A stretch of 64,000 bases of DNA from NCBI GenBank assembly GCA_040772485.1, contig JAXGYC010000011.1, positions 96,001 through 160,000 of the forward strand, in the 5' to 3' direction. The stretch comes from Sedimentisphaerales bacterium (GTDB lineage Bacteria > Planctomycetota > Phycisphaerae > Sedimentisphaerales > Anaerobacaceae). This document shows, piece by piece, positions 49,118 through 58,842 of this stretch. The notes under the pieces are model-generated. The model was given only the letters and a program-made list of their open reading frames with translations, was not told the origin of the DNA and did no database searches. Within the stretch, counting starts at the first letter, position 1. Every line of letters begins with the position of its first letter. The translations under genes and the position numbers were made by a program.

Positions 49118-51793
49118 CTATATGGCAAATACCACCCCCGCGGCGACGGCGATCTGGAAGACGATCTGGGTGATGTCCTTGGTGGTCTTGAGCCAGAAGT
49201 AGCGATCCAGCTTCCTCGGCACGACGATGGTGTCGCCCGGGTCCAGTTCGGTGTTCTTGAGGCCGCCGAAGGACCATTGATTGAACTCATTGTCCCAGAA
49301 CACGAGTTTGCCCCGATTCTGTTGCCGGCTGATCACGGAGCCGTCGGCCTTGATGATGCTCAGTTGTTTGGCGTCGGCGTCTTTGGTCATTCCGCCCACG
49401 CGGCGGAGATAGTAACTGACCGTGCCATCGGTCTCGTACAACAGAGACGTCTCGTTGAAGACCTCGCCGACGACGTGAATGACTCCCGGCATGCGAGGAA
49501 CGACCAGCAGATCGCCGTCCTCAAGCTCGACGTCGTATTTCGTTGCCTTGAACTGCTCCAGCGGCGTCAGCTTCACGACGACTCGGCCGGTGATCTCGCT
49601 GGTGCGAAGCCTGGCGAGCAGCTCCTTCTTCGCCTCGAGCGCCGCCTGCTGACCTTTGACCGTCTCGGCGTCGAGGGCACTGCCCAAGGCCTGCTCGGCA
49701 CCGCCGAACATGGACTCCTCAAGCTGCCGGATCAACTGACCCAGTCGTTTTCGTTGAACCTCTTTGGCGCTTTCGCGGGTGAAGACAGCGCCTTTGAGAT
49801 AGGCCTGCTCGGTGTAGCCGCCGGCTCGTTCGAGGAGCGAACTGAGGGTCTCGGCCCGACGAATGGGATAGCGGCCGGGGAATCGCACCTCCCCCTGGAT
49901 CTCGACCACTCGGTTGAAATCCAGCTCCGGAATGGGCCGCACCACCAGGGTGTCACGGTCTCGCAGGAGAATATCATGCTCGGGATCACCCGCCATGGCC
50001 TTGTCCAGATCGACATCGAGCTTCTCCGTATCCACACCGTCCTGAGAGATGTGCCGGCGAGTGACCTCCGCCGAGCGGCAATAGGCATCCTTCTTCAGCC
50101 CCCCCGCCACATCGATCAGGTCGGTCACACGCATGTTCGGAACCAGCCGGTACTCATTCGGGTCAAACACCATGCCGGAGATCGCAACGCTCTGATAGTT
50201 TCGCTCGTCCCACTGGAAGAGGCGAATCGTGTCATACTGGGCCAACTCGAGGTTCGCCGCCTCATCGCCAGCCAGCACTCTGGCCGGGTGGAACGGAATG
50301 AACGTCACGTGCAGATCGGGAGGAACCAGCCGCTCGATCTCGCCGTAGTCGGTGTTTGGCTGAGGCAGAAAGACATCGTACGAGTTGAGGATATCGCCCA
50401 GACGCATGCCCGGCTTCCACTCGTACTTGCCCGGCCGCTCGACGTGTCCCTCCACGGAGATGATGTCTCGTTCGCGGGCCGCCACAGGAAAGAGCTTGAC
50501 GACGTCTCCATCGTGAACCGCCGTATCCAGCGGTCCCCGCCGACCCGCGCCGGCCTGCCTGTCAGCCAGGTCGAAATCCACCACGATCCTCTTGCGGTGA
50601 TCCTCTATGCGTTCGACCTGCACGCGCTGGAGCCATCCGGCAAAGGTGACTCCGCCGGCCAGGTCGAGCACCTCGCCTAACGTCATGGGCCCGGCCATCT
50701 CATAGATCGCCGGGCGTTTGACGTTGCCGGCCACACCGACCACCGGGCCGATCACCGGGATGAAGATCGTATCACCGTCCTGGAGCCGGACGTCACCGCT
50801 GCGGTCGCCGCCCAGAAGGAAATCATACAGATCGACCGTCATCGGCTCGGCGCCGTTGCGCCGCAACTGGATGTTCCTCAGAGTGCCGTTCTTGGAGGGT
50901 CCTCCAGCCGCCACCAGGGCGTTGATCACGGTCGCCAGCGAACTGATCGTGTAGCTGCCGGGCTTCGAGGCTTCGCCCACCACGAAGACACGGATGACGC
51001 GTAGACGATCCATCGCAACGGACATCTTGAAATCGGAGTACTTGCGCGACAGTTCGTGCTGAAGGTAGTCTTCCAGCTCGCTGAACTTCATGCCCCAAAC
51101 CCGCAGGGCCCCCACCTGGGGCACGACGACCTGACCGTTGCGATCGACCTGCAAGAGGAACTGGGCGTCGACGCGTCCCCAGAGCGTCACAATGAAGCTG
51201 TCTCCGGGCCCGATCACGTAATCCGGCCCCACGGGCACATCGGTCACCGGCGCGAAGGTCAATACGGGTGCGGCGAAGACATCGTATCCGAACTGCTTCA
51301 GTTGCGTGGATACGTTGGGGTCGATCTCACCTGCGATCAGCCGCTCCATGGCCGAGGGCTCTTCTTCGGGCACAAGAACCGGCGGTTCCGCAGGCAGATT
51401 GACGTCGTTCGGCTCCAGCACGGGGCTCTGCTCTGCGGGGGCGGGCCTGAGCCCCCCATAGACCAGCCGCGGGTCAACCCTGTTTGGATCGGACAATTCG
51501 GCCGTCTTGGGGGCCAGTGCGCTGGTGCGTGGGCGCGTGATCGGCGGGGAAGTCGGGGTGTTCGTACGCGGACGAGTGGCTTCCCTGGAAGCAGCGGTCC
51601 CTCCCGCCGACGCCCCGAGCGCCGAGACGGCCAGCACCAGCGAAAAGACCAGGCAGGCCGCGCCCGATAGAACACCCGCCCATGCCCGTCGATGGAAACG
51701 GCGCAAGATGGCAAACCTCCGAACCGCTCGATCCTCCGACCGGACCTGGGAAACGGACTCACCGGACTCCATTCCAAACTCCTCTTGTGTCAC
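49118..51793 (-). CDS. SLBB-domain polysaccharide export protein (KpsD/Wza-like)
   Basis: FGYDVF..YVIGPGD, repeated V.G.V.RPG.Y SLBB units and LDPGDTIVVP; start is 51793 or 51772. Confidence 0.9.
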   Translation of the reverse strand: MTQEEFGMESGESVSQVRSEDRAVRRFAILRRFHRRAWAGVLSGAACLVFSLVLAVSALGASAGGTAASREATRPRTNTPTSPPITRPRTSALAPKTAELSDPNRVDPRLVYGGLRPAPAEQSPVLEPNDVNLPAEPPVLVPEEEPSAMERLIAGEIDPNVSTQLKQFGYDVFAAPVLTFAPVTDVPVGPDYVIGPGDSFIVTLWGRVDAQFLLQVDRNGQVVVPQVGALRVWGMKFSELEDYLQHELSRKYSDFKMSVAMDRLRVIRVFVVGEASKPGSYTISSLATVINALVAAGGPSKNGTLRNIQLRRNGAEPMTVDLYDFLLGGDRSGDVRLQDGDTIFIPVIGPVVGVAGNVKRPAIYEMAGPMTLGEVLDLAGGVTFAGWLQRVQVERIEDHRKRIVVDFDLADRQAGAGRRGPLDTAVHDGDVVKLFPVAARERDIISVEGHVERPGKYEWKPGMRLGDILNSYDVFLPQPNTDYGEIERLVPPDLHVTFIPFHPARVLAGDEAANLELAQYDTIRLFQWDERNYQSVAISGMVFDPNEYRLVPNMRVTDLIDVAGGLKKDAYCRSAEVTRRHISQDGVDTEKLDVDLDKAMAGDPEHDILLRDRDTLVVRPIPELDFNRVVEIQGEVRFPGRYPIRRAETLSSLLERAGGYTEQAYLKGAVFTRESAKEVQRKRLGQLIRQLEESMFGGAEQALGSALDAETVKGQQAALEAKKELLARLRTSEITGRVVVKLTPLEQFKATKYDVELEDGDLLVVPRMPGVIHVVGEVFNETSLLYETDGTVSYYLRRVGGMTKDADAKQLSIIKADGSVISRQQNRGKLVFWDNEFNQWSFGGLKNTELDPGDTIVVPRKLDRYFWLKTTKDITQIVFQIAVAAGVVFAI

Positions 51794-52080
51794 AGCCCGA
51801 CGACCTGACCTTCCTCACCTGCCGGGACGGCTGTCGTCAATGACCAGCCCCTGAAACGCCCGTCCGCAGATGTATCGTGCCGAACCGGCCGACCGTGTCG
51901 CGAACGGACGATGGCACGAAGCCACGGTCGGCGGCCAAGGCCCCTGCAGTCTTGTCGCCGCGACAACACGGCGCGCAATACAACCGAAACAACGTTAACT
52001 CAACTGTGTTTATCGGACAGCACGCCCGGAAATCTTTACTCGTTCAGAGAATTCCGGCCGGGTCCGTCTGCACATTGAAC

Positions 52081-52109
52081 TTGACCAGCCTGCCGGGATG
52101 CCTTATCCT
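52081..52109 (+). promoter_or_regulatory. Possible sigma70 promoter of wzi
   Basis: TTGACC-17 nt-TATCCT. Confidence 0.45.
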
Positions 52110-52160
52110 CGCGCCGGTCGTGAGAAGGATTCGCGCGAATACCCTGTATCGATAGAGGCC

Positions 52161-53660
52161 ATGCGAAGGATTGCGGCGTCTCTCATTCTGGTTTTTCTAC
52201 TGCCTGCTCCGGGCCAAGCTCTGGTATCGACCAATGTTCCCCTCGATCACTGGAGTTATCAGGCCGTCGATAAACTGGCGAATTACGGCCTGATCGACAG
52301 CGCCATGCTGACCGTCAAACCCATTTCCCGAGTCGAAATGGCCAGGCACATCGAGCGGGCAACGCAAAGCTTGTCGCAGATGAAGGATCCTCCGCAGGTG
52401 CTTTCGAGCATTGTCGACAGGCTTACGGAAGAGTTCAAAGGGGATCTGATCCTGATCGGCGCTCTCGACGGCGCGTACAGCGAGTCGTTCGTCAAGCCCG
52501 TCGAAGACCCCTATGTCAAATTCCTTCATGCCGACCGCGACAGCGGCCTGGAGAACATCCGCGGCGATACGTTCGAGTCCGGCTCCAATTACCGGGCGGG
52601 GTTCGCGTCGCGCATCAAACTCCGGGAACGCGCCGCATTCTATCTGCACCCGGAATTCCGCGCCGCCTCAGACGCCGGCGACAACGACGTTCGGCTGATC
52701 GAAGGATACGGCAAGGTGCAGGGCGGACCGCTGGAAGTGCAGGTCGGAAAGGATTCGCTCTGGTGGGGTCCGGGCTATCGTGGCTCGATGCTCATGAGCA
52801 ACAACGCCCGGCCCCTGACCATGGTCAAAGTAACGAACCCGCAACCAATCCAGTTGCCGTGGCTTCTGCGCAATCTGGGGCCTTTTCGAGCGCAGTGGTT
52901 CCTCAGCGAACTGGAAGAGGATCGGGTCATCCCGGAGGCCATGCTGTCCGGCATCCGAGTCAATTTCAAGCCCCTGCCCGTCTGGGAGGTGGGGTTCTCC
53001 CGCGTGTTCATGTTCGGCGGAGAGGGCAGGCCGAGCGTGGACCTGCTGGACTACATTGAGTTGGCCCTGGCCATGAGCAATCAGGAGGAAGACAACCAGA
53101 TCGCCGGTTTCGACACCTCTGTGCTGTTTCCTCTGGCCGATATCCCTTACTGCGGAGGTCTGCCGCTGCGGTCGGTCAGGCTCTACATCGATGCGGCCGG
53201 CGAGGATGAGGCCGGTGGCATTCCGAGCAACTGGGGCATGCTGGGCGGCATCCAGCTAAATGATCTGCTAAAGACGGGGCGAACCGACCTGCGCATCGAA
53301 TACGCCGACAACCACGTTTCCGGCAAGCCCAACGTCTTCTACAACCACAGCCTCTACCAGTCCGGATACACCTACAAAGGCCGGGTGATGGGCCACTACA
53401 TGGGAACCGATTCACGCGACGTGTTCGCGCAACTGTCCCACTACCTGACCGACGACATCGTGATCCACCTGTCGTTCGACCGGCTGACGCACAATCTGTC
53501 GGCTCCCGATCACCCTTCGGTAGACATCTATCAGTGCGATCTGACCACGTTCTCATGGCCCAACTGGCAGATCGCCGCCGGTTATCGATATGAGGACGGC
53601 AAAGGGGGAGGATACGAGGACAACCACATCTTCCAGGTGCAATTGATTCGCGACTTCTAA
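52161..53660 (+). CDS. wzi: Capsule assembly Wzi family outer-membrane protein
   Basis: Signal peptide, LWWGPG..SMLMSNNARP, NQIAGFD, YQSGYTYKGRVMGH and C-terminal Phe. Confidence 0.85.
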   Translation: MRRIAASLILVFLLPAPGQALVSTNVPLDHWSYQAVDKLANYGLIDSAMLTVKPISRVEMARHIERATQSLSQMKDPPQVLSSIVDRLTEEFKGDLILIGALDGAYSESFVKPVEDPYVKFLHADRDSGLENIRGDTFESGSNYRAGFASRIKLRERAAFYLHPEFRAASDAGDNDVRLIEGYGKVQGGPLEVQVGKDSLWWGPGYRGSMLMSNNARPLTMVKVTNPQPIQLPWLLRNLGPFRAQWFLSELEEDRVIPEAMLSGIRVNFKPLPVWEVGFSRVFMFGGEGRPSVDLLDYIELALAMSNQEEDNQIAGFDTSVLFPLADIPYCGGLPLRSVRLYIDAAGEDEAGGIPSNWGMLGGIQLNDLLKTGRTDLRIEYADNHVSGKPNVFYNHSLYQSGYTYKGRVMGHYMGTDSRDVFAQLSHYLTDDIVIHLSFDRLTHNLSAPDHPSVDIYQCDLTTFSWPNWQIAAGYRYEDGKGGGYEDNHIFQVQLIRDF

Positions 53661-53741
53661 GACAACCGCCCGACTCATTCGGCCGCCCCGGCGACGTCTC
53701 CTTCGCACGCGACATCGCCAAAAACGTGGGAGTTCGACGGC

Positions 53742-54101
53742 TCAGCCGGTGATGGCTTTCCAACTCTGATTCAGTTCTTCCAGCAATCCGATGACTTCCT
53801 GGATCATCTGCGGATCGCGTTTGGCGTTTGCCTGGCTCAGACGCCGCCCCATGAACAGGTAGAGCTTGCGCAGATTCTCGGCGATCTCGCCGCCCGCCTC
53901 CATGTCCAGCACCGCGCTGAGCTCGTTGATGATGTCCTGTGCCCGATTGATGTACTGCCCTTTGGCCGCGAAGTTCTTGGCCTCCAGCTCCCGAATGGCC
54001 AGTTTGAGGAACTTGATCGCCCCGTCGTAGAGTAGGACGATCAGGCGGCCCCTGCTTTGCGTGCCAACGGTGGCTTCCTTGTATGCACCGATTCCGTTCA
54101 T
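53742..54101 (-). CDS. fliS: Flagellar export chaperone FliS
   Basis: LIVLLYDGAIKFL, AQDIINEL..LDMEAGGEIAENLRKLY and ELNQSW. Confidence 0.95.
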   Translation of the reverse strand: MNGIGAYKEATVGTQSRGRLIVLLYDGAIKFLKLAIRELEAKNFAAKGQYINRAQDIINELSAVLDMEAGGEIAENLRKLYLFMGRRLSQANAKRDPQMIQEVIGLLEELNQSWKAITG

Positions 54102-54207
54102 GGTAATGCCCTCGTCAAAGACATCGTCCTCCGAGTCCCTGGAAGCGATTCTTCCCGGCGTCAAGAAACCGAGAAGGCAGACAGGTCACACAGACACGTT
54201 CATAGAT

Positions 54208-54246
54208 AGGGAGATGACTGACGCAATCTCCATCAGCCATCTCCCT
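54208..54246 (-). terminator. Stem-loop between fliC and fliS (terminator or mRNA stabiliser)
   Basis: AGGGAGATGGCTGA..TCAGTCATCTCCCT inverted repeat on the minus strand. Confidence 0.5.
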
Positions 54247-54278
54247 CTATTCGCTGCGTGATCTCGATGCCGAGGCGA

Positions 54279-55088
54279 TTAGCCCAGCAGCGTCAGGGCC
54301 ATCTGCGGAATCGAGTTGGCCTGCGCCAGCATCGCGGTACCGGCCTGCGAGAGCACCTGGTTCCGCGTCAGAGTCGCCATTTCCGTGGCCACGTCCACGT
54401 CGGAGATACGCGATTCGGCGGCCGAGAGGTTCTCCGCCTGAATGTTGAGCACCTCGCCGGTGGACTCCAGACGATTGATCATGTAGCCGAACTTGGCTCG
54501 CGCGGTGTCCTTCGTGTTGATCGCGCTGTCGAGCGTCGTCAGAGCGGCGCGAGCGCTTTCGGCCGTAGTAATCGACAGGGTCGCGATACTCAAACCCGAG
54601 GCATCCATCTTGCTGCCCGTGATGTCGATCTTGTCCGTCTCACCACCAAAGTGCACCGAGACCGTAGCCGAGTTGTTGAGCATCTTGATGCCGTTGAAGT
54701 CGGTCGAGGTCGCGATACGGGTGATTTCGCTGGCCATCTCCGTGAACTCGTTGTCCATGATGACCCGCTGAGCCGACGAGTACGAGCCCGTGGCGGCCTG
54801 CTCGGCGAGCTGTTGCATACGCACCATCAGGTCGTCGATGGTCTGTAGGGCACCTTCCATGGTTTGCAGCAGGCTCACGCCGTCCTGGGCGTTTCGCGCA
54901 CCCTGCTGCAGCACCGCGATATCGGCACGCATCAACTCGCGGACGGCCATACCGGCGGCGTCATCGCTGGCACTGTTGATGCGAAGACCGGACGACAGCC
55001 TCTCGACCGACGTGGCCAAGGCGTCGTAACTCTGCCCCAGGTAGCGGGCAGCGTTCGCGGCCATGAGATTGTTCTTGATTGCTAACAT
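54279..55088 (-). CDS. fliC: Flagellin (short, 269 aa)
   Basis: ERLSSGLRINSASDDAAG, NRLE, AAESRISDVDVATEM and MLAQAN. Confidence 0.95.
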   Translation of the reverse strand: MLAIKNNLMAANAARYLGQSYDALATSVERLSSGLRINSASDDAAGMAVRELMRADIAVLQQGARNAQDGVSLLQTMEGALQTIDDLMVRMQQLAEQAATGSYSSAQRVIMDNEFTEMASEITRIATSTDFNGIKMLNNSATVSVHFGGETDKIDITGSKMDASGLSIATLSITTAESARAALTTLDSAINTKDTARAKFGYMINRLESTGEVLNIQAENLSAAESRISDVDVATEMATLTRNQVLSQAGTAMLAQANSIPQMALTLLG

Positions 55089-55139
55089 GTTTCCGTCTCC
55101 TTAAACAAAGACCCCAATTTGGCCCCTACTCGTTTGCTC

Positions 55140-55165
55140 AATTGACAGCGTATCCGCTCACAATT
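55140..55165 (-). promoter_or_regulatory. fliC leader hairpin with GGA at the loop (putative CsrA site)
   Basis: Minus strand AATTGTGAGCG-GATA-CGCTGTCAATT; further AAGGA and ACGGA motifs at the RBS. Confidence 0.55.
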
Positions 55166-55184
55166 TCGCGGCATTTAATGGTCA

Positions 55185-55211
55185 TTATCGCCAAAAGACC
55201 CAGGGACTTGA
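55185..55211 (-). promoter_or_regulatory. sigma28 (FliA) promoter of fliC
   Basis: TCAA-15 nt-GGCGATAA. Confidence 0.7.
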
Positions 55212-55438
55212 GTCTTCCGGGCGTCGCGAAAAGCCACAAAAAGGAACGGCCCTCTAAAACCCCTGTTGACGATGCTGATATCGCCGGCCCGACTTCCCCG
55301 CTGCCGCATAATTCTTGGCAAAAAAAACCTGGAATCCTCGCAAGAAGGACATTGCCGTGCGGCGTGCGTGGTCGGGTTCCGGTCGTGAAGATTCGGCAGG
55401 ATGCAACCCGGGTCGCCGCCCGGCCCCCGGTCGTTTAT

Positions 55439-55466
55439 TCATGCAAACCCCCGCAAATGCCGATAA
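55439..55466 (+). promoter_or_regulatory. Putative sigma28 promoter of the glycosyltransferase
   Basis: TCATG-15 nt-GCCGATAA (consensus -10). Confidence 0.55.
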
Positions 55467-55594
55467 TCTCTTTGTTGCGGCCGTCCAAAGCGCTCCATCG
55501 GTCGACCAGCCGGCGGCCAGGGCCATCCGCCGGGCTCTCGGAACAAGCGCTGCTCTCGGCCGGTACGGTCGGGTGGCCGCATCTGAGATCGCGT

Positions 55595-56647
55595 ATGACA
55601 CAAGAGAATGCCCAGACACGGGACACGACGCTGCTGGTATTCAACTGCCACGAGCCCTGGGTCTACCAACTCGGGACGCTCGGTTATCGGTTGGACGTCG
55701 TCGTCAACCTCAAGGGCAAGTATAACCTTGGCTGGGACGAACGCATGCGTCCGCTTCCTGCCAACGCGCGCCTCGTCACGTTGCCGCAGGTTCTCGCGTG
55801 CGAAACGGACTACTACTGCATCATCACCCACAACGTGGCGGATCTCCTGGACGTGCGCAGCCGGTCCGAGCCAAAGATCCTGGTGCTCCATCACACCCTG
55901 GAGGGGCGCGTAGAAGAGGAACGTCCCGGCTGCGATCCCCGTGAGTACAAAGACAGGCTCCACAAGTACGTCGAACTGGCGGGTGCCCACGTCGTCGCCA
56001 CATCGATGTACAAGGGCGAATCGTGGGGGTTCACCGAAGACATCGTCCACTTCGGCATCGACGTGAACGACTATCTGCCCTACTCTGGAGAGAAGGCCTG
56101 CGGCGTGCGCGTCTGCAATTTCATCAATTCCCGCCGACGGATTCTCTGCTGGGACTTTCACGAGAGGGCCTTCGAGGGCATTCCCGTTACCCTCGTGGGT
56201 CACAATCCGGACATTCCAGGCGTCCAGGCCGCTCGCGACTGGAACGACCTGAAGAGAACTCTCCAGTCCCATCGCTTCTACATCCACACCGCCGATCCAC
56301 ACCTCGAAGGGGGATTCAACATGGCCAGCGCCGAGGCTATGGCCACGGGGCTACCGGTGCTCGGGAACCGTCACCCCACCTCCCCCGTTCGCCACGGGAT
56401 CAGTGGATTCCTCAGCGACGATCCCGGCGAATTGCAGCGCTATGCGAGGATTCTGTTGGAGGACAGAGAATTAGCGGCCCTGATGGGACAACAGGCCCGC
56501 AAGACCGTTGCCGAGCGATTCTCGCTGACCCGATTCCGAACCTCCTTCACACGTTCGATCGAGATCGCGCGGCGCAAGTGGCGCGCCCGCCAAGCCTCCT
56601 GGGCGGTCCCCATGGATCGGTGGCCTGCCGCCACCATCGGCCGGTGA
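55595..56647 (+). CDS. GT4-like glycosyltransferase next to flagellin
   Basis: EGGFNMASAEAMATGLPV, HGISGF and MGQQARKTVAERFS; start at ATG 55595 within ORF 55079..56647. Confidence 0.8.
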   Translation: MTQENAQTRDTTLLVFNCHEPWVYQLGTLGYRLDVVVNLKGKYNLGWDERMRPLPANARLVTLPQVLACETDYYCIITHNVADLLDVRSRSEPKILVLHHTLEGRVEEERPGCDPREYKDRLHKYVELAGAHVVATSMYKGESWGFTEDIVHFGIDVNDYLPYSGEKACGVRVCNFINSRRRILCWDFHERAFEGIPVTLVGHNPDIPGVQAARDWNDLKRTLQSHRFYIHTADPHLEGGFNMASAEAMATGLPVLGNRHPTSPVRHGISGFLSDDPGELQRYARILLEDRELAALMGQQARKTVAERFSLTRFRTSFTRSIEIARRKWRARQASWAVPMDRWPAATIGR

Positions 56648-56669
56648 GACCGAAAGCCCATAGGGCAGG

Positions 56670-58391
56670 TTACACCAGCATGTCGATGCGGTCCTGCACG
56701 CCTTGGGCCTGCAATCTGTCGCGGCCCGTGGGGTCCTGCGGGAACCCCGTCTGTGCAGGCCAGTTTATCCCAGAGGTGCTCTGCGGGCGATACCCCTGTT
56801 GATCTGAATGCTGTCGCTGCTGCTGCGCCCAGGCGTCCTGCTGCGACTGTTCCCTACCGACGCCCCTGTCGGGCTGATCGGAAACGACGACCTCGAGCCG
56901 CCGGACCTGAACGCCGGCCTCCTGCAAACCCCTCAGCACCTGGGGCAGCGCCTGCTCGATCTCCCGGCGCGTTTCATCCCGGCTGACCTCCAGGAATCCG
57001 CGGATTTGATCGCCCTGTTCGCTGAGACGCACCAAAACGCTACCGAGTTCCGGCGGGTCCAGCCGGATCTGCACCTGCTTGTCCGCACGAGCCAGGGAGG
57101 CATGAACCGAGCTGAGAATCTGTTCTCCGACGTCCTGGACCGGGCTTTTTGTCGTCGTTGCGGCGCCAAGACTGGCCGAGCCGGGCGTCTGCGCCGACAG
57201 TCGAGCGGAAGCATCCGCGGTCTGGTTCTCGACAGCAGCGGTCAACTCCGCCTGAGGTTGCGCCAGGTTCTTGAAGCCCGGGACAAATGCCTGCTTGTCC
57301 TGTTCCGGCGTCGCCACAACCTGGACGCCACCCTGGGAAGCCGTCCTGTGGTCCTGCTGTGAAGAGGACTGTCCGTCCTCCCGAGGCATGTCGTCCGAAG
57401 TGCGCTCGGGCGCCTGCAGTCCGCGGGATGCGATCGCGACCTTGTCGAGGCCAGACTCCTTCGGACCTTCCGAAGCAATCTGAACTTCAGATCGGGTTTG
57501 CCCCTGCGGCTTGGCCGCCGCTTCACCGGTGGCCGCCACAGGTATATCGGTGACCTCCGCATTCGAACCGGCAGCCTTCGCTTGCGCATCCGCCACTTCG
57601 CCGGTCTGTTCCTTCACGACCACGGTCGTCGCATCTGCCCCGACCGTTCTGGTCCCTTCGAAAACTGCCGGCTGACCCGACTGGACCCGGGCATTATCGG
57701 ACGCCTTGTCCGTCGCCTGGTCCGAGACCGACACTCTTGCCGACACCTCCACACTGCCCCTGGCCACGGAAACCAGGACCTCGGACTGGAGAGAGTGTTG
57801 GCGTCCCTCGTCCGTCTGCGTCACGGCACCGGCCTGGACCTGGCTGAATGCCCCGCCGTCACCAGTGCCGGCTTGTGCGACCATATTCAGCGATTGACGC
57901 GTGGGTGCAAGGGCAACGTCGGTGGTCACCTCGGCTCCCACACCGCTGACGACCTCGACTTCGCCCGTGGTTGAGACATCTGCAACGCCATCGGCGTCCG
58001 ACGGCGATGCCGCGAGGATCGCTTCGCTGTGCCGCGTGACCTCGCCTGCCGCCGACGCCACCTCCAGCGGAGCCGTCTCTTCTTCCGCTGGTGCGGTGGC
58101 ATCATCATCAAGGGATTTGTGTCGTGGGCGGTCGCCGGACGCACAGAACTCCTTCGGATCGGTCTGGCGCTCTGCCACCTCCGGCTCTTCCAGACACTTC
58201 GGCCTTTCAATATCGGAAACCTGTTCGTTATTGGACCTTATCTCCTCTCGGAGTCTGGCCAGCGGGGCCGTCTCGGCAAAGAGCGGATGGGCCCCCTTGC
58301 TCTTTGGCTGGAACGCATGGGAGCGACTGGCCCCCGCCTCGCCGCCTGTGCCAACGAACAGCTTGCTGATCACCGTCGCTACATCGCTCAT
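56670..58391 (-). CDS. fliK: Flagellar hook-length control protein FliK
   Basis: Low-complexity N-terminus; C-terminal IRLDPPELGSVLV..IEQALPQVLRGLQEAGVQV; ends in DRIDMLV. Confidence 0.85.
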   Translation of the reverse strand: MSDVATVISKLFVGTGGEAGASRSHAFQPKSKGAHPLFAETAPLARLREEIRSNNEQVSDIERPKCLEEPEVAERQTDPKEFCASGDRPRHKSLDDDATAPAEEETAPLEVASAAGEVTRHSEAILAASPSDADGVADVSTTGEVEVVSGVGAEVTTDVALAPTRQSLNMVAQAGTGDGGAFSQVQAGAVTQTDEGRQHSLQSEVLVSVARGSVEVSARVSVSDQATDKASDNARVQSGQPAVFEGTRTVGADATTVVVKEQTGEVADAQAKAAGSNAEVTDIPVAATGEAAAKPQGQTRSEVQIASEGPKESGLDKVAIASRGLQAPERTSDDMPREDGQSSSQQDHRTASQGGVQVVATPEQDKQAFVPGFKNLAQPQAELTAAVENQTADASARLSAQTPGSASLGAATTTKSPVQDVGEQILSSVHASLARADKQVQIRLDPPELGSVLVRLSEQGDQIRGFLEVSRDETRREIEQALPQVLRGLQEAGVQVRRLEVVVSDQPDRGVGREQSQQDAWAQQQRQHSDQQGYRPQSTSGINWPAQTGFPQDPTGRDRLQAQGVQDRIDMLV

Positions 58392-58434
58392 GCACTGGTT
58401 CCTAAACGACAACAGATGAACATGATCCCACCAC

Positions 58435-58450
58435 AGCAAGCGGTGTGCCA
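58435..58450 (-). promoter_or_regulatory. sigma54 promoter of fliK
   Basis: Minus strand TGGCAC-ACCGC-TTGCT. Confidence 0.75.
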
Positions 58451-58775
58451 GCAGCAGCCTCGATGCGACAGTTCAGGTTTAAGGCCTGTACGGACAAGAC
58501 TTTGCGCCTCGCATTCCGATGCAGCGGCGATGCGATTGCCGCATTGACCGGTCATCCGCCGGAGGAATGTTCCGCAACCGGGAGGTCTTTTCCGCCCCTC
58601 GACGCGACAACCCGGGCCGCCTCATGCGCCGCGATGCGCGTCAAATTACCCAACCGTGTGTATAGAATCCTGACACCCCCGAAAAGAGCCCCAAAGACGC
58701 CGACAGCCCCGATTCCCCTTCCTCGCGGGTCTTCCGCAACGCCCGCAACGACCTTCCGCACAGACGCCCACGACC

Positions 58776-58791
58776 TGGCACGGTTATTGCA
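58776..58791 (+). promoter_or_regulatory. sigma54 promoter of the flgB operon
   Basis: TGGCAC-GGTTA-TTGCA. Confidence 0.8.
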
Positions 58792-58842
58792 CACCATGTT
58801 CCCGTCAAAGAATGTTCGTTCGTGAACAGAAGGGTGCAAACG

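Noticed and set aside
55151..55165. 15-nt exact match (minus strand AATTGTGAGCGGATA) to the start of the lac operator, suggesting vector contamination
   Set aside because: The match breaks before ACAATT, there is no other vector sequence, and it is explained as a native fliC leader hairpin
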